Assembly: GCF_006345805.1 (NCBI RefSeq)
Contig: NC_043000.1
Coordinates: 18,972,001 to 19,036,000, forward strand
From: Octopus sinensis
Lineage: Eukaryota
DNA: 64,000 bases
Direction: 5' to 3'
Position numbers and translations under genes: made by a program. Positions 1-14,626 of the stretch are shown here, one piece after another. Every line of letters begins with the position of its first letter. Positions within the stretch are counted from its first letter, which is position 1. The notes below the pieces were generated by a model. That model did no database searches. It was not told the origin of the DNA and saw only the letters and a list, made by a program, of their open reading frames with translations.

Positions 1-57
1 TGCCTTGTGAGTGGATTTGGTAGATGGAAACTGAAAGAAGCCTGTCATATATATGTG

Positions 58-94
<37 letters not shown>

Positions 95-298
95 TTGTGT
101 GTCTGTGTTTGTCCCCCTAGCATTGCTTGACAACCGATGCTGGTGTGTTTACGTCCCCGTTACTTAGCGGTTCGGCAAAAGAGACCGATAGAATAAGTAC
201 TGGGCTTACAAAAGAATAAGTCCCGGGGTCGAGTTGCTCGATTAAAGGTGGTGCTCCAGCATGGCCGCAGTCAAATGATTGAAACAAGTAAAAGAGAG
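1..298 (+). mobile_element. SINE family A (CORE-like), cut by window edge
   Basis: Internal (TA)n(TG)n; (AAAAGAGT)n tail. Confidence 0.85.
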
Positions 299-855
299 AA
301 AAGAGTAAAGAGAGATACCTAAGATGTTTGTTTTCTGCTAGTGTATCTATATCAGTTCCTATGGAAACCCACAACCATCATTGAATTGTCTTTCATTTAA
401 AGTCGCTCAGTTCTTTGATTTCAACGTTGACTACTAACCTTGTTTATTGACACAATTACAAAACAATATATTTTAAGCGCAGTCTCTACTTGTTTTGCAG
501 ACACGCATAAAAGAGAAAAATTTAACAAAGAAAATATGAATAAATAAATTCAAATTTCAGTATTAAATATCGATTCTGTACGATTTCTTGCCAGCCCTCT
601 AATGTAAACAACCCAGTTTCTTCAGATTCTGAAATTACTTCTGCAACACGAAATTAAAAATTGCTTCCAGGCTTCCAATTACTCTTTATTTTTAACTTCG
701 TGCACTTTACTTGTTTTATTTCATTTTGTATTTATTAAAAGATTCTAATCTGGGGAAGGGAAACATCGTTCTGGGATTTATTTGTGTTTAATATATCGAC
801 GGAAAGAAATATGAACTGCTAAGGGAGTTAATTGTAATTTTGCGACACTTTAACG

Positions 856-1240
856 TGGAAGCACTCCGTCGGTTACGACGACGAGGGTTCCGGTTGATCC
901 GAATCAACGGAACAGCCTGCTCGTGAAATTAACGTGTAAGTGGCTGAGCACTCCACAGACACGTGTACCCTTAACGTAGTTCTCGGGGATATTCAGCGTG
1001 ACACAGAGAGTGACAAGGCCGGCCCCTTGAAATACAGGTACAACAGAAACAGGAAGTAAGAGTGAGAGAAAGTTGTGGTGAAAGAGTACAGCAGGGATCA
1101 CCACCATCCCCTGCCGGAGCCTCGTGGAGCTTTAGGTGTTTTCGCTCAATAAACACTCACAACGCCCGGTCTGGGAATCGAAACAGCGATCCTATGACCG
1201 CGAGTCCGCTGCCCTAACCAATGGGCAATTGCACCTCCAC
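856..1240 (-). mobile_element. tRNA-derived SINE family B (~385 bp)
   Basis: A-box tggcccagtgg and B-box gtttcgattcc; TSD acactttaacgt; nine near-identical copies. Confidence 0.9.
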
Positions 1241-1622
1241 ACTTTAACGTATTTGCTGTAACATAGTAACACGAGCTTATACAAACCGAAAATATTCATT
1301 GAATGTTATTTATAGTTGATTTATTAACTGTAACTTCATTGTAAAAGATATCGATCATCTCACTGGATGACCTCTGCTCATTACGACAGCGTCAGTAGAT
1401 ATCAATTTGTCAAGAATAAATATATTTAGGATTGATTTCGTGCAAAAGGAACATTTTACATCTGATAAAAAAAAAAAAACAACTACAAAATAGATTTCAT
1501 ACAAAAGAGCATTCAAAGTTCGTTGTATATCACACATGTATTAGCTTTCATTCACTTGAAGGATATTCATAGAACTATAAAATCAACTGATAACAACAAC
1601 AACAACAACAGCAACAATAATG

Positions 1623-1658
<36 letters not shown>

Positions 1659-2013
1659 GTAATAATAATAATAATAAAACAACAATAACAATGATAATAA
1701 AAGAACAACAACAATAATAATAGTCCTTTCTACTGGAAGCACAAGGCCTCAAATTTTGGGGAAGGGATTAAATCGATTACCTCGACCCTAGTGCATAACA
1801 GGTACTTATTTAATCGACCTCGAAAGGATGACAGACAAAGTCGACGTCGACGGAATTTGAACTCAGAACGTAGCGGCAGACGAAATACCGCTAAACATTT
1901 CGCCCTGTGTGCTAACGATCCTGCAAGCTCACCACCTTAATAATAATAATACCACCACCACCACCACCACCACCACCACCACACCACCACCACCACCACC
2001 AACCACCACCACC

Positions 2014-2045
<32 letters not shown>

Positions 2046-2439
2046 GAATTATTTTCTACTGGAAACACAGGGCCTCAAATTTGGGGAAGGGGTTAAGTCG
2101 ATTATATCGACCCCACTGCGTAACTAGTACTTAATTTATCGCTCCCGGAAGTATGAAAGGCAAAGTCGACCTCGGCGGAATTTGAACTCAGAACGTAGCG
2201 GCAGACGAAATACCTATTTCTTTATTACCCACAAGGGGCTAAACATAGAGAGGACAAACAAGAACAGACAAACGGATTAAGTCGATTACATCGACCCCAG
2301 TGCGTAACTGGTACTTAATTTATCGACCCGAAAGGATGAAAGGCAAAGTCGACCTCGGTGGAATTTGAACTTAGAACGTAACGGCAGACGAAATACGGCT
2401 ACGCATTTCGCCCGGCGTGCTAACGTTTCTGCCAGCTCG

Positions 2440-2800
2440 CCAGGACACAAATGGAGATTAACCAACTCGATCGTACTATCCGAAAGACAATGACAATGCA
2501 TGGAACCCTCCACCCGAAGACAAATGTACACAGGCTCTACATGAAGAGAGGTGAAGGTGGACGTGGGCAGATTAGCGTAGAGGAGCGCATCAACAGTGAA
2601 AGAAGAAACATGACAGAATATTTGGTAAGCAGCAAACAAGACCTGCTACAGTATGTTGCTAACGCAGAAGGGGGTCAAGAGAAATGGACATGAGTGTGCT
2701 CATGAATTCCTATCAACAAGAGCCAACGAGAGAGAAGAAACCCTACTCCGTATGGAATTACATGGTCAGTGAAACGCATATTGCGTAAAGTACCGTCTGT
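2440..2800 (+). mobile_element. Internal R4/Dong RT-thumb fragment
   Basis: LDRTIRKTMTMHGTLHPKTNVHRLY...GEGGRG resembles the 55900-56050 region. Confidence 0.75.
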
Positions 2801-2900
2801 CTGAGGTCCTTGTTGTAACTTGACAGACAGTACAGCCTCCTGGTAGACACAATATCTTCAATCAACAACCTCACGAAATTGATTACTGTGCGGCGACGTC

Positions 2901-3079
<179 letters not shown>

Positions 3080-3083
<4 letters not shown>

Positions 3084-3640
3084 TGCCCTGATGCAGTACC
3101 AGGCAGTGGCTCCCATGGCTTCTGATCTTAACTGATTGGAGGTGTTATCACGGACATTGTTTTGTCTTGGTATAAGAGATGGGCTAACAGCAAATATTCT
3201 ACTCAATACCACAGATTTGCTTCTCAGTGGTTTGACCTTAACCAGTTAGGCATGTCCCTTAGTGGCTGATTATATGTGTAAGTCTGAACACAAGCAGAAA
3301 TAGTGGGAGAGCATCATATCCGTGTGTTGAGAGGGATTCTTTGTGGGTTTGAGTAATTCACCTTTGGAAACATGGGTGTTTCGTTCAACATCCTTAAACA
3401 ACCCTTATTCAGGGACCTTTTGAGCGGGATGGGTTACTCGACCAGAAGAAAATTCTAACTGGGCTCCACCTGCAATGTCGTGTGCTGTTTATCTTGATAT
3501 GAGATCACCATGTTGCGCACAAATGGTTGTGATGCATGTGTCTGGTGTACCCTTATCGGACGGGTAGTCATGATGGGTATAGTGGGCTTCGTATATTTTA
3601 CCCCAGTGCCACTTTGATGGCATGCACCGCTCTCTCACTC
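3080..3640. mobile_element. Unclassified ~560-bp non-coding element embedded in (AAT)n
   Basis: Higher-complexity sequence with sharp boundaries and AAT/GAT arrays on both sides. Confidence 0.5.
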
Positions 3641-3740
3641 AATAATAATAATGATAATAATAATAATAATAACAATAATAATAATAATGATGATAATAAT
3701 GATAATAATAATAATAATAATAATAATGATGATAATAATG

Positions 3741-3781
<41 letters not shown>

Positions 3782-4274
3782 TCTTTTCTACTATAAGCAC
3801 ATTGCCTGAAACATTTTGGAGGAAGGACTAGTCAATTACATCGACTGGCATTTCTTTCATCGACCCCGAATTTCAACTCAAGACATAAAAAGTTGTTTAT
3901 AGATGATCTCGTGATCGATGCTGATTATAAACAAATAATAAAACTGTTGAAGACAGTAATTGTATTTACCGGAGAGATTGACTTGAAATTCGCATTTGAA
4001 AAATTGTGTTAAGCCAAAAATTGAAGGGAAGAAAACTAATTAAGAACACTAATATTATGCTAGATAAAGAACTTGAGATAAGAAAATTTTAAAAGAAACG
4101 GAAATATACAAACATTTAGAAACCAATGAACTACGCCTTGTACAACGTACACAAATGAAAGAAAAGATTAGAAAGAAATAGAATGGTAGACATAAAACAA
4201 AGACAACGTATATTTATCAATACTTCCTCCGTCTTAATAACAATTAGCATTTATAATAGTCTTTGTTTTGAGGT

Positions 4275-4659
4275 GTGGAGGCGCAATGGCCCAGTGGTTA
4301 GGGCAGCGGACTCGCGGTCATAGGATCGCGGTTTCGATTCCCAGACCGGGCGTTGTGAGTGTTTATTGAGCGAAAACACCTAAAGCTCCACGAGGCTCCA
4401 GCAGGGGATGGTGGTGATCCCTGCTGTACTCTTTCACCACAACTTTCTCTCACTCTTACTTCCTGTTTCTGTTGTACCTGTATTTCAAAGGGCCGGCCTT
4501 GTCACTCTCTGTGTCACGCTGAATATCCCCGAGAACTACGTTAAGGGTGCACGTGTCTGTGGAGTGCTCATCCACTTACACGTTAATTTCACGAGCAGGC
4601 TGTTCCATTGATTCGGATCAACCGGAACCCTCATCGTCGTAACCGACGGAGTGCTTCCA
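4275..4659 (+). mobile_element. SINE B
   Basis: TSD tgttttgaggtgt. Confidence 0.9.
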
Positions 4660-6109
4660 TCAGTGTTTTGAGGTGTAGGAGACATAAAACCGTAGCTTAA
4701 ACCGGTTTCTGTCTTATAAATGACTGAGATTACAATACTCTCTGCCCTTCCTGAGCATGACGTCGATCTGTCGCGGGGTTAACTTTCCAGCTGTTGTTGG
4801 AACTCATTTACAGAAGAGTTTCGGGAACTGAAACTACCATCTTGCAATCGCGAGTGTAACACTCTAACCATTATGCGATACGTGCCTTCACTACGAACTT
4901 GCCATCTTACACAAAGTAAAAAATACAAGAAAAATATTGAGCGTATCTATAATACAGTACCCAGAATCTAAGGCAAACGAATTATATTTACCATGAATAC
5001 TGAGAAATAGGAGCTTTATACAAAGAAAACTCCTATAAAAAATAGTATAAATTGACCTACAAGGAATTGTCCGAGCGCCGTAAATACAATAGGAAATGCA
5101 AAAACCAATGCAACTCACCACACATAGTGAAAACCTTTCCCACTGCACTGAAGTAATAATAATAACTATTATTATAGTTATTATATAAGCCGCTCTCATA
5201 TTTATTTCAAGGACAGACAAACGGATTAAGTCGATTATATCGACCCCAGTGCGTAACTGGTACTTAATTTATCGAACCCGAAAGGATGAAAGGCTAAGTC
5301 GATCTCGGCGGAATTTGAACTCAGAACGTAACGGCAGACGAAATACGCATTTCGCCCGGCGTGGTAACGTTTCTGCTCTCATATTGCAATATATTTGGCT
5401 TTCTTTTGCTGTCCTTACACACCCACTGTATTTCAAGTTAGTCTGATTCGTAATATCAGCCACTCATGATAATAACACTGGTTTTACTCTTTCTTGTTTT
5501 CCCATTTATTAAACCTCTATTAACAATCCGTGTCAATTATTATTATTTTTTTCTTTCAAATTAACTGTCTAAAAATGATCCCTCTTTTTACCACTCAGCC
5601 AGTGACAGCTGATAAATAGTAACAACAGCATAAGACAGCAGCAACAATCGCAGGAGCAACAATAAACACACCAACAGCAACAACAACAACAACAACAGTA
5701 GCGAAAGCAATAACTGAAACAATAATAACCATTTCTTTATTGCCTTCCTTGGAACAACTTATATTCTTTGAAAGATACTGTCTCTCTGAGGCTTTTTGTT
5801 AAAGGTGACAGGTTGAAGATAAATCGACGAAAACCGTATTTTAGATCCATACCGTGCAATGAAGTAATAATAATCCATTATATATTCCACAAAAGAGCCC
5901 ATCCATAGAACACAAATGTATCGCACGAACTGGGATCACAGAATATCTATATAATAAACGGTTGGATGAGGGTAATATATTGCACATATTAAAACAGGTA
6001 ACGCATTTAGTATAAAGACGAATATGGACAGTCTACACACACGAGTGAAAAACTGTCCTTCTGATTCTGATATCTGTTATTGTAGTTACTGTACTCCACC
6101 CCATCTCTC

Positions 6110-6396
6110 GTGGAGGCACATGGCCTAGTGGTTAGAGCAGCGGACTCGTGGGTTCGAATCGCAGACCGGGTGATGTGTGTGTTTATGGGCAAAACACCTA
6201 AGCTCCACGCGGCTCCGGCAGAAGGTAATGGCGAAGTTTTGCTGACTCTTTCGCCACAACTTTCTCTCACTCTTTCTTTCTGCATCTTGCAGCTCACCTG
6301 CGATGGACCGGCGTCCCGTGCAGGTGGGGAACCTATACGCCAAGGAAACCAGGAAACCGGCCCTTATGAGCAAGGCATGGCTCGAGAAGGAACAAA
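6110..6396 (+). mobile_element. SINE D: B-type head with V-domain-like 3' module
   Basis: ctgcgatggaccggcgtcccgt motif; TSD caccccatct. Confidence 0.7.
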
Positions 6397-6646
6397 CACC
6401 CCATCTGTCTTTGCCATACCTCATTAATTCTTCTTTTTGTGAAATAAATGTATTTTGAATAGAAATTTAATTACTTTTTTTCTTTTAGCTTAGCCGAATT
6501 GTTAATTTACGATCGAAGATTTTCCCTTCGCAAATTAAATACTATTTTTCCTTTGAACAAACAAATTTTCCTCGCAAACTATAAAGTTCCTGTCTCTTTC
6601 CGTAGAAAGTCCCCATTAGTAAGCAATTTTTCTTGTAAATTCATTC

Positions 6647-6801
6647 AGTGGCTGTGTGGTAAGTAGCTTGTCTACCAACCACATGGTTCCGGGTTCAGTC
6701 CCACTGCGTGGCACCTTGGGCAAATGTCTTCTACTATAGCCTCGGGCCGACCAAAGCCTTGTGAGTGGATTTGGTAGACGGAAACTGAAAGAAGCCCGTC
6801 G

Positions 6802-6859
<58 letters not shown>

Positions 6860-7090
6860 GCGAGTGCGTGTTTGTGTGTCTGTTTGTCCCCTAGCATTAC
6901 TTGACAACCGATGCTGGTGTGTTTATGTCCCCGTCACTTAGCGGTTCGGCAAAAGAGACCGATTGAATAAGCACTGGGCTTCCAAAGAATAAATCCCAGG
7001 GTCAAGTTGCTCGATTAAAGGCGGTGCTCCAGCATGGCCGCAGTCAAATGACTGAAACAAGTAAAAGAGTAAAAGAGTAAAAGAGAGTAA
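6647..7090 (+). mobile_element. SINE A (other + copies: 23770-24195, 38753-39172, 39752-40160, 57972-58350)
   Basis: tRNA-like head gttccgggttcagtccc, CORE-like accttgggcaagtgtc, internal microsatellite. Confidence 0.9.
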
Positions 7091-7387
7091 AAAATCTATA
7101 ATATTCAGAGAGTGAGTCGAAATACGTCCAACCATCTCAAAACAACAAAAGTATCATTAATAAAAATAATAATCCTTTCTACTATAGATACAAGGGCTAA
7201 AATTTTGGGTTATTGACTACATCGGCCCCGGTGCTTAACTAGTACTGTTTGAAAGTGTGAAAGACAAAGTAGACTTCGCGAAATTTGAACTCAGAACATT
7301 AAGACAGACGAAATACTGTTAAGCATTTTGCGCAGGGCGCTAACGATTCTGTAGCTCGCCACCATTGTTTAACACCATATCTGTCCA

Positions 7388-7772
7388 GTGGAGGCGCAAT
7401 GGCCCAGTGGTTAGGGCAGCGGACTCGCGGTCGTAGGATCGCGGTTTCGATTCCCAGACCGGGCGTTGTGAGAGTTTATTGAGCGAAAACACCTAAAGCT
7501 CCACGAGGCTCCGGCAGGGGATGGTGGTGATCCCTGCTGTACTCTTTCACCACAACTTTCTCTCACTCTTACTTCCTGTTTCTGTTGTACCTGTATTTCA
7601 AGGGGCCGGCCTTGTCACTCTCTGCGTCACGCTGAATATCCCCGAGAACTACGTTAAGGGTACACGTGTCTGTGGAGTGCTCAGCCACTTACACGTTAAT
7701 TTCACGAGCAGGCTGTTCCGTTGATTCGGATCAACCGGAACCCTCATCGTCGTAACCGACGGAGTGCTTCCA
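7388..7772 (+). mobile_element. SINE B
   Basis: TSD gtccagtg. Confidence 0.9.
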
Positions 7773-7789
7773 TCCGTCCAGTGCTGCTG

Positions 7790-8520
7790 CCTGTTGGATT
7801 CTCAGATGCGTTTCTAGCCTTTTAGTCGATATCAATGGGAAACAACAAAGAGAAGCAACTCTTGACATACTTAATTAAAGCCGTTGCTTTGCTGATAATG
7901 CTTAATTTCCTCCGAGCTAGCGGTCTAATGTCGCAACTGGGGCGTTCTGAGGCTATTTTATACAGGAAATAAGATTGGTAGAGATGCAAATGAAGGAATT
8001 AGTTGTATAGAAAGAGTGGCGGTTGGGTCTGGTGAGGAGGGGGTGTTGAAGGGGAGGGGTATTGAAGAGGAGGAGAATTGAAGAGGAAATGTGTTGAAGG
8101 GGAGTGGGTGTTGAAAGAGAGGTTTGTCGAAGGCGGAGGGGGAAGATTTTGAAACAAGGCAGGAATCCTGGTTGGATTCAAATTATAGGAAAAGAGTTAC
8201 GAACAGTTACGTCATGTAGGTTATAGGTACACTTAGAAGAGGTTAAGAGCGTGTGAGAAAGAATGTAGGAAATGATGGGTCGGAAAAGAGGATACGGAGT
8301 ACGCGTAGAATAGTGCACTGCAGGGGTTGTATGAGGGGAAAAGAAAGCGGTTATGGACGGGGAAAGATGAAGAAGGAGAGTGGAGATGTGCTCAACTTCA
8401 CAATAGAGAGAGCTGCCATGACTAGGGTGGGAATGTATCTGAATCGATCGAAGTGTTGGACCGTACGTTGAGATTGTGTCTTGTAAATTAGATAAACCTA
8501 TTCGCGTAAAATATTGCGCA
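7790..8520 (-). mobile_element. Possible degenerate Penelope-like remnant
   Basis: Homopurine-rich tract like 44580-44900 and a gaaacgcatc motif on the minus strand; weak. Confidence 0.3.
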
Positions 8521-9649
8521 TTAACAGTATTTTGTTATGATGTTACAACATATTAAAGAGTAAGTTGAAAACGAACTAGTTGACACCTCTCTTTCTGTCT
8601 AGAAAGATATTGTGTAAAAAGCAAAGCATTTACATTTGTCTATAGACACTGCTGTCTAAAAATCTATACATTTATTCTCTAATACATCGTAGCATCATAT
8701 TAAAAAAAAACTGTTAATGCTCTGATAAGTAATTGAATTAGCTACCAAGCAAATCTTAAATTGAACCAACCCAAGTGGATGCCACTTTTTCTTTCTACGT
8801 AGATACTGTACAGCAAAGAAAATGGGGATTATGAAACCGTTTCTTATCTCTGCGTTAGAAAAAAAAATCCGGTTCTTATTCAAGTCTATGAAAATTATCA
8901 GTTTTAGAATAACTGATCAAATTCCTTCATAATTAGTTGATTAGTTGGTTATATGAGTCATTGAGTCACGTGTGACATTGAGTTGGCTATGTGTGTCATT
9001 GGTTATGTGTGACATTGAGTTGGCTATGTGTGTCATTGGTTATGTGTGTCCGCGGTCGACTTTGCTTTTCATGGTTTCGTGGTCGATAAATTAGGCACCA
9101 GTTGCGTACTGGAGTCGATCTAATCGACTGGCCCCCACCCTAAAAATTTCGGGCCTTGTGCCTAGAGTAGAAAAGATTACTATTATTTTTATTTCTTTGT
9201 CATGCTCTTTCGTCACACACCATGTGACATATTCAGCGATTATTTACCCAATGCGTCTCCTCTTGCTCTGCTTAGTCTATTTTTCTTTCTTACATTTTTT
9301 TACTTATTATTATTTGTATTGTATTTATATTGTATTTATGTTGTATTTATATTTGTGTAACATTGTCTGTTTTTTCGTCCTTGTTTTTGTGTACATTCGA
9401 AGCTTTCTTCCAAGGAATCTAATGCTCTTAGCTTAGTTTTTCCTTGAGGCTGGCCAGATTGGAGCAATCTCAAGATTAATCAACCGAAATTGCGAGGATG
9501 ATCTGGTTCTTGACTGAGGGTAGAAAGCTTCGAATGACCCGTACCTGTTTTTTTGTATCGTCTATCTGGATGTTTTGTTGTCCCTTTTTGTATCACCTAG
9601 TTGTCCGGATGTTTTGCGTTCTTGTCCCATTTTGTAATTTATATATATA

Positions 9650-9729
<80 letters not shown>

Positions 9730-10149
9730 TATATATACATACACACACACACACACACCACACACACACACACAACACACACACACACAGATATATAAAT
9801 GGTTTGTAAAAAACGCTACAGGTTCACAAGCCCGGATTCTGAGATGTAAATGTATTGCTTTTCTGAACAGGATGCCGATCGGTCGCAGAATTACTCATTT
9901 TTGCTAGCTGAATGGATTGGAGTAACCTGAAATGAAGTGGTTTGCTTAAGAACACAAGGCGTCTCCTAGGAATCGAAACCGCAATTTCCAACCTATGAAT
10001 TAAAACCCTAACCATTAAGATATGCGCCTCCAAATACATAGATATACTAGCTTACATACAAACATGCATATCATCCAAATCATAAGCAGTTCTCCGAAAA
10101 TGTCACCACGGTGTTAGCTACTGATGTGATATGATGTAGCTAGGACACT

Positions 10150-10858
10150 GCATAACGAAATCAGTTGGGAGGTTAAAGTCGTCGAGTACAAAGAAATAAG
10201 AACCCACAATATGGTAGAAGCTATAGCCACCCATAGTTAAAAGGCGTTACTGGTGGAATGTCCCAGTTAAAATTTCAATAAAATATAAAGACAATATATC
10301 TGACACAAGGATTTAGGATAGAGAAGAGAAACTATGTACAGTTGTGGAAATCAACTGCCCAGAAAATGTTAGCATAAAACTGCAGATCAGCGTAAAAGAA
10401 AATGCCTACGCTGAACTATTAAGAAATTTGCGGTTACTCTATCCAGATTAGAGTAATTGAAAATTACTCTAATCAAAGTTCAGGTTTATACTGGTAATTA
10501 TTGGAGCACTAGGATATGTAACACACTGCCTCAATACTAATATTGAGAAATTAGGCTTCTCAAAACCTGAAAGGAGAAAGATGATTCGAAGACTACAGAT
10601 CCAAGCCATTACTGGAACTGTAAAAATCTGTAAAACTTTCCAGAAGTTTATCATTTAAGTATATATGAACATGTCTAGATATGCAACTGTATGCATCAAA
10701 ATACATACGTAAAACAAAACATACAAATCTGCACGTATACATACATACAAAAATACCCTGTTGATGTTGCTGAAATTCCAATGAAGGAACCTTGGATCTA
10801 GGTTAGAAACCGTCTCATTCTCTATTGGCAATAATCTTGAAATAGAACTGAATAATGA
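10150..10858 (+). mobile_element. Degenerate 3' end of a REL-endonuclease LINE (R4-like)
   Basis: WWNVPVK...REEKLCTVVEINCP; IIGALGYV...GTVKICKTFQKFII*; ends actgaataat. Confidence 0.7.
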
Positions 10859-11086
10859 CATACATACAAGTATATACCTACCTACCTACCTACCTACCTA
10901 CCTACATACATACATACATACGTACATACATACACACATATGGTTACTAAAGAAATTATTATTTTTATCATCATCATTATTATTATTATTATTATTATAT
11001 ATCATGTGATACATATACCATCTATCATTGTTTCTCTCACTCTCTCGCCACACGTACAGACATAAACATGCGTGCGCACACGCGCG

Positions 11087-11137
<51 letters not shown>

Positions 11138-12227
11138 GCACGCACGCACGCACAATTAAAATGTGTCTGAGAAAATATATGCGTGTGTCTACTACAATTA
11201 TAGCATACAATTTTGTTAAGTTTCTGTCCAAAGATCTCAAGTTGTTGCTGTCATTTGGTGAAGCAATGAACCACTTTGGAAGACAGCTTAAAACCTAAAT
11301 AAATTCAATAACAACGTGACGTGAAATATTTTTGCACACATCTATGTAACAATGTATTTATCATTTGTTATTATTTCAATTGTTTACCATAACATTACCA
11401 TTTTATTATCCTTAATACTGAACGGATGCAATCTACCAGCCTCCTCCACTGACAATATTCATAGATAATTTCTTTACAAAAACGACATTTGTAGCAAGGA
11501 CAAAATGAAAGAAAAAAAATCTATATTGCCTGTACATGATAAATGTCAGATGAATCCTGCAGTTGAGTAATGTTTAATAAATCTTTCCGAAGAACTATTC
11601 TTTACATTTCTAAATTTATTGAATGTAATTTTTTTTTGTATTTTTGTCATAAATTCTCGTGTATTCTTCACAAGAATCTGAAATAATTTTTCCTTTTGCA
11701 TTTGTTTAGAAGTATTATTTTACCATTTTTATTGAATTTGTTTTCTAGTTCGTTACAGAACGATACTAGAATTCATACAGGTATATATACTATTAACTAT
11801 TACCTCATACACACTTTTATACTGGCGTCATATAATACATTATATATATATATATGGATAGATAAACATACGCCAAGAAATGCACACACACATTAAATAT
11901 GTATGTGTGTGTGTGTGTATACATATATGTGTATATATATATATATATGTATATATATATGTGTGTGTGTCTGTGTGTATGTATGTATGTATGTATGTAT
12001 TATGTAGTGTATGTATATGTAATTATTTTCAAATGCAAAGGAGCTAGAATTAATGGTTTCACATTTTGGCACCATGTCAGCACTTTCAAAGGCGGGGTTA
12101 AGTCGATTATATCGACCCCAGTGCTCAAACGTGTACTTATTTTGTCGACCCCGAAAGGATTCCTGGTCTATGCTCTTTAAATTACTTTTAGTGACCCTGA
12201 AAGGATTCTTAGATTATGCACTTTAAT

Positions 12228-13595
12228 TTTTTTTTTGTAGCTCAGAGCGGTGGCCATGCTGGAGCATCACCGTTTTGCTACACTGTTATTACTAAGATCC
12301 TCTTCTAATATGTTGCACTTAGTGAAGAATGGAGTTTGATGTAGCTGCCCTCATTTGCACCTCTTGCTGTCAGGTAGGTTCGTCTACATCTACTTTGTGC
12401 AAGTTCCTCAGGCTTTTCGGGAGAATATTAAAAAGCTGTGGGCCCCTGAAACCCAGGCTGCTGCAGTAACTGGTCCTGAAGCGCGATGGCATTGCTGGGA
12501 TCTTTGGCACTGTGCAGTGTCGACCCGTTCTGTCATTAGTGTAGCTGTCAATGGCAAAATTTGGCACAATTCTTTTCAGGATCTTCCAGATGTATATTAC
12601 TGCCTACTTCTCCCGCTTTCGCCTCAGGGAGTAGAGTCTTAGCTGTTTCAGCCTTTCCCAGTTGGTGAGCTATTGCAAAGAGATGATCTTCTTTGTGAAG
12701 CTTCGCTGGATTGCTTCAAGGTCTCCTGTTAATTTTACACTGTTGAGTGACCATAGCTGGGAGCAGTAATCCAGGTGGCTGAGGACGAATGTCCACCAGA
12801 GGACCATCATGGTTTCCTTATCTCTGGTTCTGAATGTTCTCAGGATCCATCCAGCCAGTCGTCTGCACTTTGTCGCCATCCTGGTAATGTGCACTTGGAA
12901 AGAGATATCATCACTCATGTCCCTCACTGATTTAGGTTCTGGTATTGGACCAGTGTACCCTGTAAGTTTCATATTCAGTTTTGGACGCTGGTAGCGTCGG
13001 GCTTGGAATTTTTCAGCATTGAACTGCATATTATTATCCTCAGCCCACCTTTAAATTGATTCCAACTCCTGCTGCAGATGTGCAACATCGCTGGGGTTCT
13101 GTATTTTCTGCGTGACTTTCGTATCGTCTGCGTATCTAGCAAGGGTGGCTACTGGGCAGTTGAAGGCATATCTAAGAGGGCCACTATGAAAAGCAGTGGT
13201 CCCAAGAGAGTGTCCTGTGGAACACCGTTCACTAGTTGTGTTTTGATTGAAGTGGCTCCATCGGCCACTACTGCCTGACTTCTATATTTCAGAAAGTCAT
13301 GTAACCGCTCTCCAAGTTGTCCAGCTATGCCGAGATCACGCAGTTTGTGGCAAATCATGCCACGATCCACTTTGTCAAAAGCTTTTGCAAAATCAAGGTA
13401 TATTACGTCCCCATTTGATTTGTTGAGTAACTGCCTCAACACCCAGTCGATGTTGTAAGAACTGGGTCAGGCAGCTCCTACCTGGTCGAAAGCCATGCTG
13501 AGTATCACTCAGCAAGTTATTTTCTTCAAGGAATGCGATTAGTTTCCCTCTGACACTGGAGTAGACGCTTTCCTATGAGCTGTTATTGCCCTTAG
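12228..13595 (-). mobile_element. 5'-truncated degenerate CR1-group LINE (RT and 3' end)
   Basis: YLDFAKAFDKVD, GVPQDTLLGPLLF, HLDYCSQLW motifs in broken frames; A-rich tail at 12228. Confidence 0.88.
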
Positions 13596-13601
13596 GCATC
13601 T

Positions 13602-14008
13602 TACTCTTTTACTTGTTTCAGTCATTTGACTGCGGCCATGCTGGAGCACCGCCTTTAGTCGAGCAAATCGACCCTGGGACTTATTCTTTATAAGCCCAGT
13701 ACTTATTCTATCGGTCTCTTTTGCCGAACCGCTAAGTAACGGGGACGTAAACACACCAGCATCGGTTGTCAAGCAATGCTAGGGGGACAAACACAGACAC
13801 ACAAACACATACACACACATACATATATATATATAGATATATAAGACAGGCTTCTTTCAGTTTCCGTCTACCAAATCCACTCACAAGGCATTGGTCGGCC
13901 CGGGGCTATAGCAGAAGACACTTGCCCAAGGTGCCACGCAGTGGGACTGAACCCGGAACCATGTGGTTGGTTAGCAAGCTACTTACCACACAGCCACTCC
14001 TGCGCCTA
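13602..14008 (-). mobile_element. SINE A (other - copies: 18155-18578, 52470-52892 diverged, 59033-59408)
   Basis: Reverse complement of family A. Confidence 0.9.
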
Positions 14009-14243
14009 TAAGCCACTCCTGGGAAGTGAAATTTTGTGATAGATCCCATATGGTTGCACCGAAGCAAGGGTTATTATAACTACAAGTTTAATAATATGAA
14101 CAATATGATATTAACAATAATATACATCAAGTAGGATTTAATAAACTGTAGTAGGACCCTGAATTTGTAACCATGTTAGCAAGTGATGTAATCGTTTAAC
14201 TATTTTAGGGTTTTGTGCTTTTGCCTTCTCCTATGTCTTATAT

Positions 14244-14626
14244 GTGGAGGCGCAATGGCCCAGTGGTTAGGGCAGCGGACTCGCGGTCATAGGATCGCGG
14301 TTTCGATTCCCAGACCGGACGTTGTGAGTGTTTATTGAGCGAAAACACCTAAAGCTCCACGAGGCTCCGGCAGGGGATGGTGGTGATCCCTGCTGTACTC
14401 TTTCACCACAACTTTCTCTCACTCTTACTTCCTGTTTCTGTTGTACCTGTATTTCAAAGGGCCGGCCTTGTCACTCTCTGTGTCACGCTGAATATTCCCG
14501 AGAACTACGTTAAGGGTGCACGTGTCTGTGGAGTGCTCAGCCACTTACACGTTAATTTCACGAGCAGGCTGTTCCGTTGATTCGGATCAACCGGAACCCT
14601 CGTCGTCGTAACCGACGGAGTGCTTC
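14244..14626 (+). mobile_element. SINE B
   Basis: TSD atgtcttatatg. Confidence 0.9.

Noticed and set aside
904-1156. Recurrent 61-67-aa ORFs (MVVIPAVLFHH..., MFIERKHLK...) in nine places
   Set aside because: Incidental frames of SINE B, not a gene family
4275-4350. tRNA-like A/B-box sequences
   Set aside because: SINE heads without a complete cloverleaf; no true tRNA gene supported
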